DNA of 64,000 nucleotides from the IMG/VR virus record IMGVR_UViG_3300042934_000869; one strand, 5' to 3'. Source of the DNA: an uncultured virus (IMG/VR IMGVR_UViG_3300042934_000869). Lineage: Duplodnaviria > Heunggongvirae > Uroviricota > Caudoviricetes. The number at the start of each line of letters is the position of its first letter. The stretch's first letter is position 1. Of this stretch, positions 48,778 to 59,400 are shown piece by piece. A program made the position numbers and the translations under genes. The notes beneath the pieces were generated by a model. It did not search any database and was not told where the DNA came from. It saw nothing but the letters and a program-made list of their open reading frames with translations.

Positions 48778-49827
48778 TTATACTCCAGCTACTATTCTGT
48801 ATGAGTCAGGTGATATTAAAGCTACTGCATCCACCTCTTGAAATCTAGCAAGTAAGTAATTTAATTCATTAGTATTAAATAGAACTGTTTTATATGTTTC
48901 ACCCTCAATCTCGACATCTACTATTAACTCTTCGTTAACTATTCCTCCGTCTTGTATTATCTGTTTCCATTTTTCCTCATAGTCTTTTACAACTCTCTCA
49001 TTAACTTGATGGTCTAGAGCTGAAGCATATTTCATTCCAAACATTTCAAATATGTTATATCCTAGTATTTGAACAACATTATTATTTAATGGAACAGCTT
49101 TAAATGGTATGCATGAGATTTTATGTTTCTTTTCAAATTGTTCTACTCTCTCAGCTATACTTCCTTTTCTGTCTCTTATCTCTTTAAAGCTTATTGGTTC
49201 AACTGATAGGGTCTGAGGCCTATAGATATCTATACTAACAGTTGGGTCAAGTTTTAGTGTCTCAATTAAATGACTTTTCTGAAGATTATTTACAGGAACT
49301 AAAGACTGCTCTTGATTACCTGTAGAGTTTTTAATTACTGGAACTTTCTTCATTTCATTCTCTAAAGCTACTGCTGTACTTCTAGGTACAATTATAGGAT
49401 TTCCGTAATTATCTAACTTCACACTGCCATCAGCTGAATACAAATATACTAAATCATTCATATTAGGTTGTGGTACTGTATTTTGTTTGTGTATATTATT
49501 TGGTTGCTCTATGTAGCTATATTGTCTATGATCAGCTTGTCTTAACTCAACTGGTTGTGTAGCTTCCTGATACTGAACATTAGTAGGTTGTCCTACTGGT
49601 TGCGTATATACTACCCTTTCGTGATGTACTGGTTGATATTGAGGTTCACCAACTGGATTTCCATAATTATCAGTCTCTATTGTTTTTGGTTGTATATTTT
49701 GATATGCAGGTTCTACTATATTTGGTTGATTAAAACTAGTAGATTGTGTTGGAGCTCCCATTTGTTTTTGTTGTTTTTCTAATAAGGCTTTTTCTTTTAG
49801 TTGTTTTAATTTATCTGCTGCATTCAT
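48778..49827 (-). CDS. Hypothetical protein (349 aa) with Gln/Pro-rich N-terminal region
   Basis: Low-complexity QP-rich N-half followed by a globular C-half. Confidence 0.8.
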   Translation of the reverse strand: MNAADKLKQLKEKALLEKQQKQMGAPTQSTSFNQPNIVEPAYQNIQPKTIETDNYGNPVGEPQYQPVHHERVVYTQPVGQPTNVQYQEATQPVELRQADHRQYSYIEQPNNIHKQNTVPQPNMNDLVYLYSADGSVKLDNYGNPIIVPRSTAVALENEMKKVPVIKNSTGNQEQSLVPVNNLQKSHLIETLKLDPTVSIDIYRPQTLSVEPISFKEIRDRKGSIAERVEQFEKKHKISCIPFKAVPLNNNVVQILGYNIFEMFGMKYASALDHQVNERVVKDYEEKWKQIIQDGGIVNEELIVDVEIEGETYKTVLFNTNELNYLLARFQEVDAVALISPDSYRIVAGV

Positions 49828-49828
49828 C

Positions 49829-50527
49829 TTATCTATCTCTCCTATCTAATCTGTACTCTTCTATATTATGTTGTGTTATTCCTAGGTTGTTCAAAGAATG
49901 AAGTCTGTCCAGTGAAAATGAAAGTATTATACATCTTGTTACTGGTAACATTAGAAGTATTATGAATAGTACTGGAAAGTATCTATGAACAGTGTCTACT
50001 ATTTTTATTATCTTTCCACTCTTCATAGATGGAAAGGCTTTACTGAATAATGATGCTATCTCTAAACTATTTAAATAGTAACCTAAGCCTATAAGTATAT
50101 TTGATAGCAATATTGTACCTACTAAAATATTAGGAAGTACTGATTCTGATTTAAGAACTAAGTTACTGCTTATTAGGTTTATCAATTCGGGAAATATAAT
50201 TGATAAAGTTACTAGAAAGACTAATACATATGATATGTAAATTAACCATGCTATTACTTTATTAGTAGTTAATGTATAGTTGTATAGCGGTATGTATCTA
50301 GTTACTGTATTTGACTCTGCTTCCCACATTTTGTAATAGTTCTTTATAAATGACGGGACTATAACTGTAAACTCAAATACAACTATTATCACGCCGATAA
50401 AAGGCAATGGTATATATTTCGTATACAGTAAACACACTATAACGTACACTAGTAGTGCAATTACACCTATAGCAAGTATTAGTGTATTTCTATTTCTTAC
50501 TTTTACACTCTCAGTTTTTTTAGCCAC
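49829..50527 (-). CDS. Multi-pass membrane protein (232 aa)
   Basis: About five hydrophobic segments. Confidence 0.78.
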   Translation of the reverse strand: MAKKTESVKVRNRNTLILAIGVIALLVYVIVCLLYTKYIPLPFIGVIIVVFEFTVIVPSFIKNYYKMWEAESNTVTRYIPLYNYTLTTNKVIAWLIYISYVLVFLVTLSIIFPELINLISSNLVLKSESVLPNILVGTILLSNILIGLGYYLNSLEIASLFSKAFPSMKSGKIIKIVDTVHRYFPVLFIILLMLPVTRCIILSFSLDRLHSLNNLGITQHNIEEYRLDRRDR

Positions 50528-51174
50528 TAAATCTCAACCCCTTGCGCTTCGAAACTCTCTAGACACTTAACTACTATATTAGTGAGTTCTGCTTTATCAT
50601 CATTGGTAATGTAGTACATAAGCACATCTATTAATGCAGTTTTAGTATCATCTCCATCTGTATTAGATAGTACTCCTATAAAGTACTCCAAAGAGTCATC
50701 ATCTATAATATTGTCAGGAGTTTTAGACGCTATTTTTTCCTCCGCTATTTTTAGCCTTCTTTTAAGATTACTTACTTCTTCTTCTAATTCCTTTATCACT
50801 TCAGGATCCTCCTCGTCCATCATCATATCTACTGAATTACTAGTAGCTGATGGTCCATATTTAATTAGATTGTCTATTCCTCCAAATCTTTCTATGTAGG
50901 TTTTTGTGTACGAGCCAGGATGATATACATTACAACATTGAATTATCATTTCATCATTTTCTGACTCAAAACTTCCTTCTATTAGCTCAGAATGTGATGG
51001 AAACGCGCTCTTTAAGAATATACACATTGCTGATATCTGTTCAGTTGGTAGTACTATGTAATACCCATCAAGCCTTTTATGTTCTTCACCACAATTTTCT
51101 ATTACTATAGCATTATCTAGCTTTTGATTAGTAAAATTAATTATATCAAAAAGTCTATTATCTATATCTGTCAT
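50527..51174 (-). CDS. Acidic hypothetical protein with a short coiled coil (215 aa)
   Basis: AAAGGAG RBS; coupled to the next gene. Confidence 0.75.
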   Translation of the reverse strand: MTDIDNRLFDIINFTNQKLDNAIVIENCGEEHKRLDGYYIVLPTEQISAMCIFLKSAFPSHSELIEGSFESENDEMIIQCCNVYHPGSYTKTYIERFGGIDNLIKYGPSATSNSVDMMMDEEDPEVIKELEEEVSNLKRRLKIAEEKIASKTPDNIIDDDSLEYFIGVLSNTDGDDTKTALIDVLMYYITNDDKAELTNIVVKCLESFEAQGVEI

Positions 51175-51189
51175 TAAGGTAACTCCTTT

Positions 51190-52041
51190 CTATAAAATAG
51201 CTATAAGTTCTAATACATTCTCTACTTTAGATATTGCATATTTATATGCTATTAAATCCTCTATTGATAGATTAGGAAATATTTCTAATACTACTAAAGA
51301 TGTATAATATTCTGAAACTTTAAACTTGTTATCGGAGTAGTACCTACTAATATTGTCTGCTCCTAATATACCAAGTTCTATGTCCTTGTACATCTTTTCT
51401 GTATCTTCTATTATTTCGAATAATCTAGTCTTTAAATATTTTATTGCATATCTAAACTGGTAAAGAAACTCAATTAAAACTTTTTCTTCTGCCTTTCTCA
51501 CTCCTATCATATGATAGAATACTGTATTCACTGTAGCACTAGATCTCTTAGGGATATAGGTATTAATATCCCTAAGAGTTACTTTACATCCTATGGTATT
51601 TAGTATAGTTAATGATTCTTCAACGTATGGCATGTAACCTTTTGTTTGCGTATATAACTTATCAAGAGCATCAATCTCTATTTCGATACGACTTAAAATA
51701 TAGGATTTACATTCTTCTTCACTCAAGTTGATTACATTAACTATTTGTGTGTTTTCTTTCTTGGGACATAAACTATTCTTGTGCTTTAGATTTAGTTCTG
51801 TAGCGTATATGACATTTACACAGTGTTCTATATTTACTATATCCTGTATGACTGTATCGCTTACTCTATTATCTACTAGAACTAACCAAGAATTTGATAG
51901 AGTTGGTTTCTTATTAAGAAGACCTATAAGAGTTCTAGCATCTCTTGGTGTTAGTCTTATTGTACTTGATCTTGGAAATTTCTTAACAACACTAGATGTG
52001 AATATTGGTGCTCTCTTATCTTCTAAAAGAATTATATTCAT
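51190..52041 (-). CDS. DNA polymerase III delta (HolA)-like clamp-loader subunit
   Basis: KPTLSNSWLVLVD resembles PFF..RRLVVV; IEIDALDKLYTQTKG..VEESLTIL..KVTLRDINTYI..TVF resembles the delta lid and collar. Confidence 0.6.
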   Translation of the reverse strand: MNIILLEDKRAPIFTSSVVKKFPRSSTIRLTPRDARTLIGLLNKKPTLSNSWLVLVDNRVSDTVIQDIVNIEHCVNVIYATELNLKHKNSLCPKKENTQIVNVINLSEEECKSYILSRIEIEIDALDKLYTQTKGYMPYVEESLTILNTIGCKVTLRDINTYIPKRSSATVNTVFYHMIGVRKAEEKVLIEFLYQFRYAIKYLKTRLFEIIEDTEKMYKDIELGILGADNISRYYSDNKFKVSEYYTSLVVLEIFPNLSIEDLIAYKYAISKVENVLELIAIL

Positions 52042-52044
52042 TTC

Positions 52045-54822
52045 TTACTCCTCTTTTATTACTAAGAAATCTTTAGCTATTTGTGTTGGTATCTCTAGTC
52101 CTTCTAGTTCAGACAAAATAGCTTTATGTTCATGTTCCAGTATTCCAAATAAAGAATCATCATCTATACCAGGATCTCTTAAATATGTGTATATATTGGA
52201 GTCTGATATGTATAATTCTCTGAACAATGAACTCATACTGAATGAACCTTTTGGTATACTAAAATTAGTATCTAAATAGTGTTTACAAATTATTTCTTTC
52301 ATAAATAAGACTTTACACAATTCACTTATATTTAGCTTTCTGGAGAACTCAATAAACATATCTTTAGCTATGCTATACTTCATAAACTCATTAAATACTA
52401 CACTACTATCTAAGGTTTTTATTCCCATTAATCTTACTAAATTATCTTCTACAAACTTAGTTAATTCTGGGAATGATAGTGTTTCTATTTTTCCATGACT
52501 TTCTAAATCAGTATAGTACTCTAATTTCTCTGTAAATGTATCACCTTTTAAATCAGAAGGTGCTGACTTCTTTTGATTATAAACTTCTATTATTTTATCT
52601 TTCTCTTTTTTACTAAATCCATAATCTTTAAAATAAAATGAATATTTATCTTCAGTTAGATTAGTAGATGGGAAAGACTCTATAATCTCATAAACACATT
52701 TATACTTCTTACTATTATTAAATGCTTCTAACTCATCATGATAAGATTTTAAAAGCTGATTCCTTGTAACCATTGCTTCATAATAGTCATAATCCAAAAC
52801 ATTTTTTGCAAACTTACTAATTAATGCTATAGCTGTATGGTCTGCGCAAATGTTCAAAAGAAACTCTGATGTATCAAATTTAACCTTTCTAGTACTATCC
52901 AATAAATCTGAAAAGAAATTCATATACTTCTCTAGATTCTCTTTTATCTTCCATAAGCTTTTTATTGAATTTTCTCCAGTTAAATCTTTCCATCTGGAGA
53001 AGTAACTTTGATTTGATGACTCTAATAAAGTGTTGTTACCCGACCTTTTTCTAGGAGAAAAGTTTTCTATAAATCTTTCTGCTTGTTGTGATATTATCAT
53101 ATAGTCTGATATCTCATCTAGAATCCCTCTTAATCTATCATCACTTAGATAATTGTTTATATCCGATTCAGATAGCTTAACATTACTTATAGGTAATCCA
53201 CTAAATAATACAGTATTCTCTTTTAGTTCTTTTAGATAGCGTTCTCTAATTATTGGTACTTTATTTACAAACTCTTTGTATAATTTGTAGTCTTGGTTAA
53301 ACTTATTTATGTCTATAGAACCATCATCCTTGACACAATCGCTTTCTATGTCTTTAGCTATTTTGTCAGCATATACTTCTTTCTTCTTTTCATAATATAT
53401 TGGTAGACTTAGTCTGGGAAGTGTATCTTCTTCTAATAATTCTAATTGAGATGATTTTAATTCATATATTATAGAGGCTATTGCTTTCTCCTTTAAATCA
53501 CTATAAGAATTAGAAAACTCTCCTAGTATCTTTGCCACTTCGTTAAGTCCTAATACTTTTTCGGTATCTACCTTTCTTGATACATGAATCTGCTTAATTA
53601 ACTCCAAATACTCTTTTTTTAATTCTTCCCAATTTAGATCAATTTCTTGAACTTCTTTTTCATCTTTCTCTATATGAAAGAATAAGTCCGGCATTATCTC
53701 TTCAAGTTCATAATACGAAGGTCCATATAGTAGTACATTAGACATCTCCTTAAATTCTGTCTTGAAAAAAGTTACATCATCTTTAAGAGACTTTATTAAA
53801 GCCTTTATTCCATCGTACGGAAGTAAATTTATAAACCCACAGTGATTACATACTATAGGTGTTTGGGTTGGTATCTTAGAGCTTTCTACTCTTAGTATAG
53901 ATATTAGATCTCCATAGCCTTCTTGTTCGTGATTACAATTTCCGCACACTATGCTATACCCATCATCTGACATTATAACTTTGGATATTAGAGTTGTGTT
54001 TTTGTTTGTTGATTTATCCAACATACTCGCATGAATCATAGGTTGGTCTTTGAATATCAAATTATAGTATTTCTCTATAAGATTTTGATTCTGTGTAGCC
54101 GCCGCATCCAACTCGCTGTTAGTATTTTCCACTTCTCTTGCTAAATCATTTAGGTACGAGTAGAACATTGCAAATTCAGCGGACTCCTGACCTTTTACTT
54201 CTTCAGAATCTTTCTCATAAACTTTCTTATAGATAGCCACAGCTTCCTCATAGTTATGATTATAATTGTTTAGCTCTTTCTGAATGTAGCTAGCTTTTCT
54301 TTCTCCTATATATTCTGGTGCTTTTGATATACTAGCTGAAACTTTCTTATTTAGCTCCTCTTGCCTTAAAGCAGATAATGCTGTGTTTGAATCTTTTACT
54401 ATTTTCTCTAATGCAGTATCTAATCCTGATTTAGTGAAAGTTGCTGACTTCTTTATTATATCTAAGTTTCTTATTATAGATAGAGCTTCTGAACGTTCTT
54501 CAGATGGAATGTATGGGTCTATTCCTAATTTCTCTAGAGTTCTCCTCTCAGATTGAGTTAACTTTTCTTGTACTATTAACGATGAAGATTTCTCTTCTTC
54601 TACCATTTCCATGGCTACATCATATTTTATACTTTCTATTATAGATTCATTATCTTCTAACTCTAACTCTATATCAATATCCTCTGAGCTAACATCATCT
54701 TCTTCCAAATCTAATTCGTTGTCTTCTTGGTCTAGATAACTATCACTGGGTGAAGAAAACTCTAACTCTATCTCTAACTCAAGCTCTTCTTCATCAGTTC
54801 CTCCTCTGCCATCTGTACGCAT
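52045..54822 (-). CDS. Large protein (925 aa) with acidic N-terminus and a C4 zinc ribbon
   Basis: VCGNCNH..VCNHCGF; the first ~60 aa are Glu/Asp-rich. Confidence 0.8.
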   Translation of the reverse strand: MRTDGRGGTDEEELELEIELEFSSPSDSYLDQEDNELDLEEDDVSSEDIDIELELEDNESIIESIKYDVAMEMVEEEKSSSLIVQEKLTQSERRTLEKLGIDPYIPSEERSEALSIIRNLDIIKKSATFTKSGLDTALEKIVKDSNTALSALRQEELNKKVSASISKAPEYIGERKASYIQKELNNYNHNYEEAVAIYKKVYEKDSEEVKGQESAEFAMFYSYLNDLAREVENTNSELDAAATQNQNLIEKYYNLIFKDQPMIHASMLDKSTNKNTTLISKVIMSDDGYSIVCGNCNHEQEGYGDLISILRVESSKIPTQTPIVCNHCGFINLLPYDGIKALIKSLKDDVTFFKTEFKEMSNVLLYGPSYYELEEIMPDLFFHIEKDEKEVQEIDLNWEELKKEYLELIKQIHVSRKVDTEKVLGLNEVAKILGEFSNSYSDLKEKAIASIIYELKSSQLELLEEDTLPRLSLPIYYEKKKEVYADKIAKDIESDCVKDDGSIDINKFNQDYKLYKEFVNKVPIIRERYLKELKENTVLFSGLPISNVKLSESDINNYLSDDRLRGILDEISDYMIISQQAERFIENFSPRKRSGNNTLLESSNQSYFSRWKDLTGENSIKSLWKIKENLEKYMNFFSDLLDSTRKVKFDTSEFLLNICADHTAIALISKFAKNVLDYDYYEAMVTRNQLLKSYHDELEAFNNSKKYKCVYEIIESFPSTNLTEDKYSFYFKDYGFSKKEKDKIIEVYNQKKSAPSDLKGDTFTEKLEYYTDLESHGKIETLSFPELTKFVEDNLVRLMGIKTLDSSVVFNEFMKYSIAKDMFIEFSRKLNISELCKVLFMKEIICKHYLDTNFSIPKGSFSMSSLFRELYISDSNIYTYLRDPGIDDDSLFGILEHEHKAILSELEGLEIPTQIAKDFLVIKEE

Positions 54823-55787
54823 ATCTTCACTTCCTCTCTTAACTTATCTACAAATTCTTGTGCAGTTAATATAAGTCCTTCCTCTCCCATCTCTTCCCTT
54901 TCTCTAGCTAAAAGATATTTTCTACTTGAACTTGGGTAATCTGCTATAACATTTTCGCACGAACTTATTGCAGTTGAGTTACTTATAGTACATAGCTGTA
55001 TGTTATTAACTCTACAAATTTTATTACATAGCTGTATAAATTCTTCTCTGCTGTATCTCATTTTATTTACATTTACGAATCCTGTAACACATATCTTTTT
55101 CTCACTTAGGCTTGGTATTACTAGATTCTTATATAGTGAGCTCTCTGCTATTAGTATAGTTTGTAAATTCTCATACAAGCTCATTATTTTTTTACCATCT
55201 TTTATACCTCTATCATTACAGAACTTTGTTATAGAACTTTCCTTTATACTATCTATTAATTCTTTTGTGTTAGCTATTCCTTTTAGAACGTCTTCAGCCG
55301 AAGTCTTGAACTGCGGTATTCCTATCTTAGATATAAATGAGGGAAATGTCATATCTGATTTTCTTATCATCTCTATATTTCTAGACAGGTCATAGTATCT
55401 AGCTCCTAACTGTATGTTTAAATCAGTAGAATCATAACATCTTAATATTTCTGTATGAGTGGGGACCTTAAAGAATCCCCTCTTAATACAGTGTTCCGCT
55501 ATTTTAACACATGTTTTCTCAGAGATGTTTTCTCCACCAAAATTCTTAAACATCTCTGACATTCTTTTTCCTATCTTTATATAACATTTAGGGTTCATGC
55601 ATAGACATCTTTTTAATTTCTTTGATATTATAAAATCTGAACCACATAGGCACTTATCTTTAAACAACTCATGGAATTGTACAGGTATTGCTCCAGTGTA
55701 CTTTGCTAATTCTACTGGTATAAAGTCCTCATAATTGTTTCCTATATCCCATTTTCTAAATTCATCTATATTCATTTTATCGACCAT
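54774..55787 (-). CDS. NAD-dependent DNA ligase C-terminal-like protein (Zn finger, HhH, BRCT) without an adenylation domain
   Basis: KCLCGS..CLCMNPKC, HhH-like GENISEKT and IGIPQFKTSA, BRCT KICVTG..SREEF..SSRKYLLA. No KxDG adenylation domain. Confidence 0.75.
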   Translation of the reverse strand: MVDKMNIDEFRKWDIGNNYEDFIPVELAKYTGAIPVQFHELFKDKCLCGSDFIISKKLKRCLCMNPKCYIKIGKRMSEMFKNFGGENISEKTCVKIAEHCIKRGFFKVPTHTEILRCYDSTDLNIQLGARYYDLSRNIEMIRKSDMTFPSFISKIGIPQFKTSAEDVLKGIANTKELIDSIKESSITKFCNDRGIKDGKKIMSLYENLQTILIAESSLYKNLVIPSLSEKKICVTGFVNVNKMRYSREEFIQLCNKICRVNNIQLCTISNSTAISSCENVIADYPSSSRKYLLAREREEMGEEGLILTAQEFVDKLREEVKICVQMAEEELMKKSLS

Positions 55788-56499
55788 TGTCTAACAGAGT
55801 CTTAGCATCTTTCTTAACACTCATATATGTTATTACTTCACTATTATCTTCTAAGACTGAAACTTCTACGTTTACTACTGTTATTCCTTCTTCCTCTAGA
55901 TTATTAAATACTTGGAATGGAACCTGTATCTTATATGGTTGTTTTTTATAGGTAGCTTCTAGCCAATAGAACTCTACACCTTTACCTGTAACTGCTCTGT
56001 ACTTTTTGTAGTTTACAAAATCAGTAACTGTTTTGTATTCTTTAACCTTATAGTTAGCATCTATTGGAACTTGTTGTAGATTAGTTGTTATTACAGAATC
56101 TTTGACTGGCTCGCTTTTATTCTGTGTCTCATTAGATATATTCAAATTGGGTATACCCGCTTGAGTATCAGTTTTTTGATTAGCCAGAGCATTTTGTCTG
56201 GCTATCTCTTGTTCCTCAGATAATCTTTGTTCTTCGTACTTTAGAGCCTTACGATGATTTATAAATGTTATTGAACCTACGGCCAGTGCACCTGTCACTA
56301 CTACGCTTATACATGCTACGAGTATTATTTTATTTTTCTTACTTGAGGTATCTTTTTCTCTTCTAAGTGAGGTATGTCGAGATGTAGATATTACATCATC
56401 CATCTCTCCTTTATCTATATCTAACCCAGTGTCATCAAATTCGTAGTCTTCCTCATCTATCTCTACATTTTTCTTTCTGTTTTGGTTGAACCCTGCCAT
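55777..56499 (-). CDS. Bitopic membrane protein (240 aa)
   Basis: Acidic N-terminus, one TM (IILVACISVVVTGALAVGSITFI), beta-rich C-terminal domain. Confidence 0.78.
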   Translation of the reverse strand: MAGFNQNRKKNVEIDEEDYEFDDTGLDIDKGEMDDVISTSRHTSLRREKDTSSKKNKIILVACISVVVTGALAVGSITFINHRKALKYEEQRLSEEQEIARQNALANQKTDTQAGIPNLNISNETQNKSEPVKDSVITTNLQQVPIDANYKVKEYKTVTDFVNYKKYRAVTGKGVEFYWLEATYKKQPYKIQVPFQVFNNLEEEGITVVNVEVSVLEDNSEVITYMSVKKDAKTLLDNGR

Positions 56500-59400
56500 A
56501 TATCATTTCCCCCTTTCTTTGAACTATTTAATTCATCAAGTAGATTATCTAGAGAGTCTAAGTCTGCTTTATATCTACCCGCAAGCGTTGTTGTACCTAT
56601 AGGAGTTTCTATCATGAATATATCTCCTCCAGACATCATATATGGTTTTAGGAATTCTTTTATCTTTTCAGAGTTACTTCTTTTAGTTAGATAAACTTTT
56701 GTTACTTTGTTTAATCTAGTAATATGTTTGAACTCTTTAGGTTTAACTTCAAATAATTTTGAGTCTTCATCCTCAGTATCGTCAAAGTACATATTAGATA
56801 CATGTTCGTACATTTCAGATTCATTTTCATCAAATGACCAGTAATCTAATTCAGCATCTCCTGTTTCTTCTAATTCTATCTCATCTAGGTTATCAGATTC
56901 ATCGAACATATCTTCTAAATCAATTTCTACTTCTGACACTACTGTACTTGCAATTCTCATATCTGAGTACTCTTTAGCTGTGTATACTTTATCATCCACT
57001 AATACACTAACATTCTCTAACTCTTCTTTTATTAGTAATGTGCATAGACATGATAGGAAGTTATCGGTATCATCTGTAATATCTTTCTTTTCCTCAAAGC
57101 TATAAATCTTTCTTGGTTCATAGGCTCTGGAGTTTTCGTAAGTGTAAGACCTTACCATATAATTAGTGAAGTTCTCTGCTATATTTTTTATGTCTAAGCA
57201 TCCTTCTCTAAAATTAGGTTGTATCTCATCCATTACTTCTAACACTCTAGTTCTTTTATACTTCTCTATCATTGGCATGATAATTTCTTTAGGATTATCT
57301 GTCCAACTATTAAGTTCGTAAGTACTAAACTCTTTATGCATTCTCTCTAGTAGTAGAGCTGGTATTTCATTTATATCTTTTTTACAATCTCCCCATGAGT
57401 GACCAAAGTTTAATCCTACATAGTACTTGGTGTGACCCTTTACTCTTACTACACATGACTCTTGCACTATCTTAGCTATTAATCTTGGGTCTATAGATTT
57501 GTGTATTGAGAATAATAATTCATCGTGTATATACATATGGAATATTATCTTATCTCGTATTCCATACTTTTCTAAAGTTGCAGTGAATCTCTTTAATAGT
57601 AGTCTATATAGGTCTGCTGTTCCTGATTGTATAGGGTAATTACCTGCTTGTCTACCAATTGCTTCTTCTCTTTTTCTATCGCCCAATACGTTGTTTAAAA
57701 TGAAGTATCTGTAGAACCCATTCTTGTTATAAACCATAGATACTACATCATCTTCTTTTAATCCTAAGAAGTCTCTTAAATTCTTAGGTAAATCTCTAGG
57801 TATTAACGCACTCTCTCTTATAGACTTTAAGAACTTCATTGTCTTCGCTTTTGCTGATTCAAACTTTGCTTTTAGTATTCTAGTTTGAAGTGCGTTCTCT
57901 TCATTGTATACTGTGAATAATCTCTCGGTAAGTTTAAAATCAGAAAGTCCATACGGTATACCGAATCCAAATGCCTTAGCCATTGTTCTTAGTAGCTTAG
58001 ATATTAAATGTGGTAGTATACCAAACATTAGACTAGCATTGGATGTATGAACATCACTCTCAGGATTATCTGACCTTTTAATCCCTTCCATATCTCCTGC
58101 TTCAGAAGTAAACCATCTATCTTCTACTTGAGCTAAATCCCAATCTCCCAAATAATAATCTTCATTATAGGGAATAATAGCATCCTTAACAGATTTCTTT
58201 AATATCTGAGCCGCTGATGATAATCTTCTTGTTTCTACATTTGTAGTTGATATTCTCTTGAATAATCTACCTTCTAAATCTTCTTCTTCCATTGGTTTAT
58301 AGTAGGTGTCATACTCTTTTGTTAAATCAGCAAATACTCTTAGCAGATAACATAAAGGATACTTATAACTATTAAACAACTCTGCTTTAACTAAAACTTC
58401 TCCATTATCTGATTTTATATCTTCTTTTAATATGTTAGATGATTTAGCATTCTTTTTATATAAAAGCTTTTGTATAGCTTCTTTATTAACTGCCGCATCT
58501 CCCTTTTTAGTTTTAACCAGTACTGGATACTTTAGTTGCTTATACATTACATGCCTAAGCTCATCGCCTTTTAATTTAAATACGTATCTATGACCTTCTA
58601 GACTCACATCTAGATCATCATCCATATCAAGTTTGCCATTCATCATCATAGTTACTCTATGAGATAACACTGCACCTACATATGAGTATATAGTTTCTTC
58701 TATAGTTTTTAAATCCTTTTTTAGTCTTCTATATACTACGTCTATTAAATCTACATCTTCTGTCATTCCATAGTATTCTGATTGTGCTGTTAGATACCAA
58801 GTTATTGGGTCTAACTGGGAGTATGATTTAAACATTTTATCCGACATTAATCCTCTTAGGAATTTAAAGATTTGTCTTGCTTGGTCAACGTCGGCACAAC
58901 CATATATACGAGCTACTTCTTCATCAGATAAATAATGAAATTTACCTTCATTACCCTTTCCTAGTAGTTCTCCTAATTCTGGCATTTCTACACCTAAGAA
59001 TCTTTTAACTAAATGTTTTAATCCTTTACTTCCTTTTATAACAGTTGGATTTATATTGAATGCCATCTGCAGTGTATCATGGTCGAAGAAGAATTGATAT
59101 CCTTCACTTAGAGTACCTCTGGAGTCGAATGATGAATTGTGACCTGTTAACTCATACCACTCTTTTAATACAGTTACTACCTCATTTATCTCATTGCCTT
59201 CTTCATCATAAATAAGTTCAAATTCAGTACTTGTCGCACCGTACTTAAATAGAGGGTATAATCTTTTTAGTACATATTGTAAGTCCACATTTTTGAAATA
59301 TTTCATGTGGAAGAACATTATACGTCCCATATCATCATCCCATGATAACTGTATGGTAGTCATAAAATCTTTACTTGGGTTAGTTGCTGATAAATCCAGT

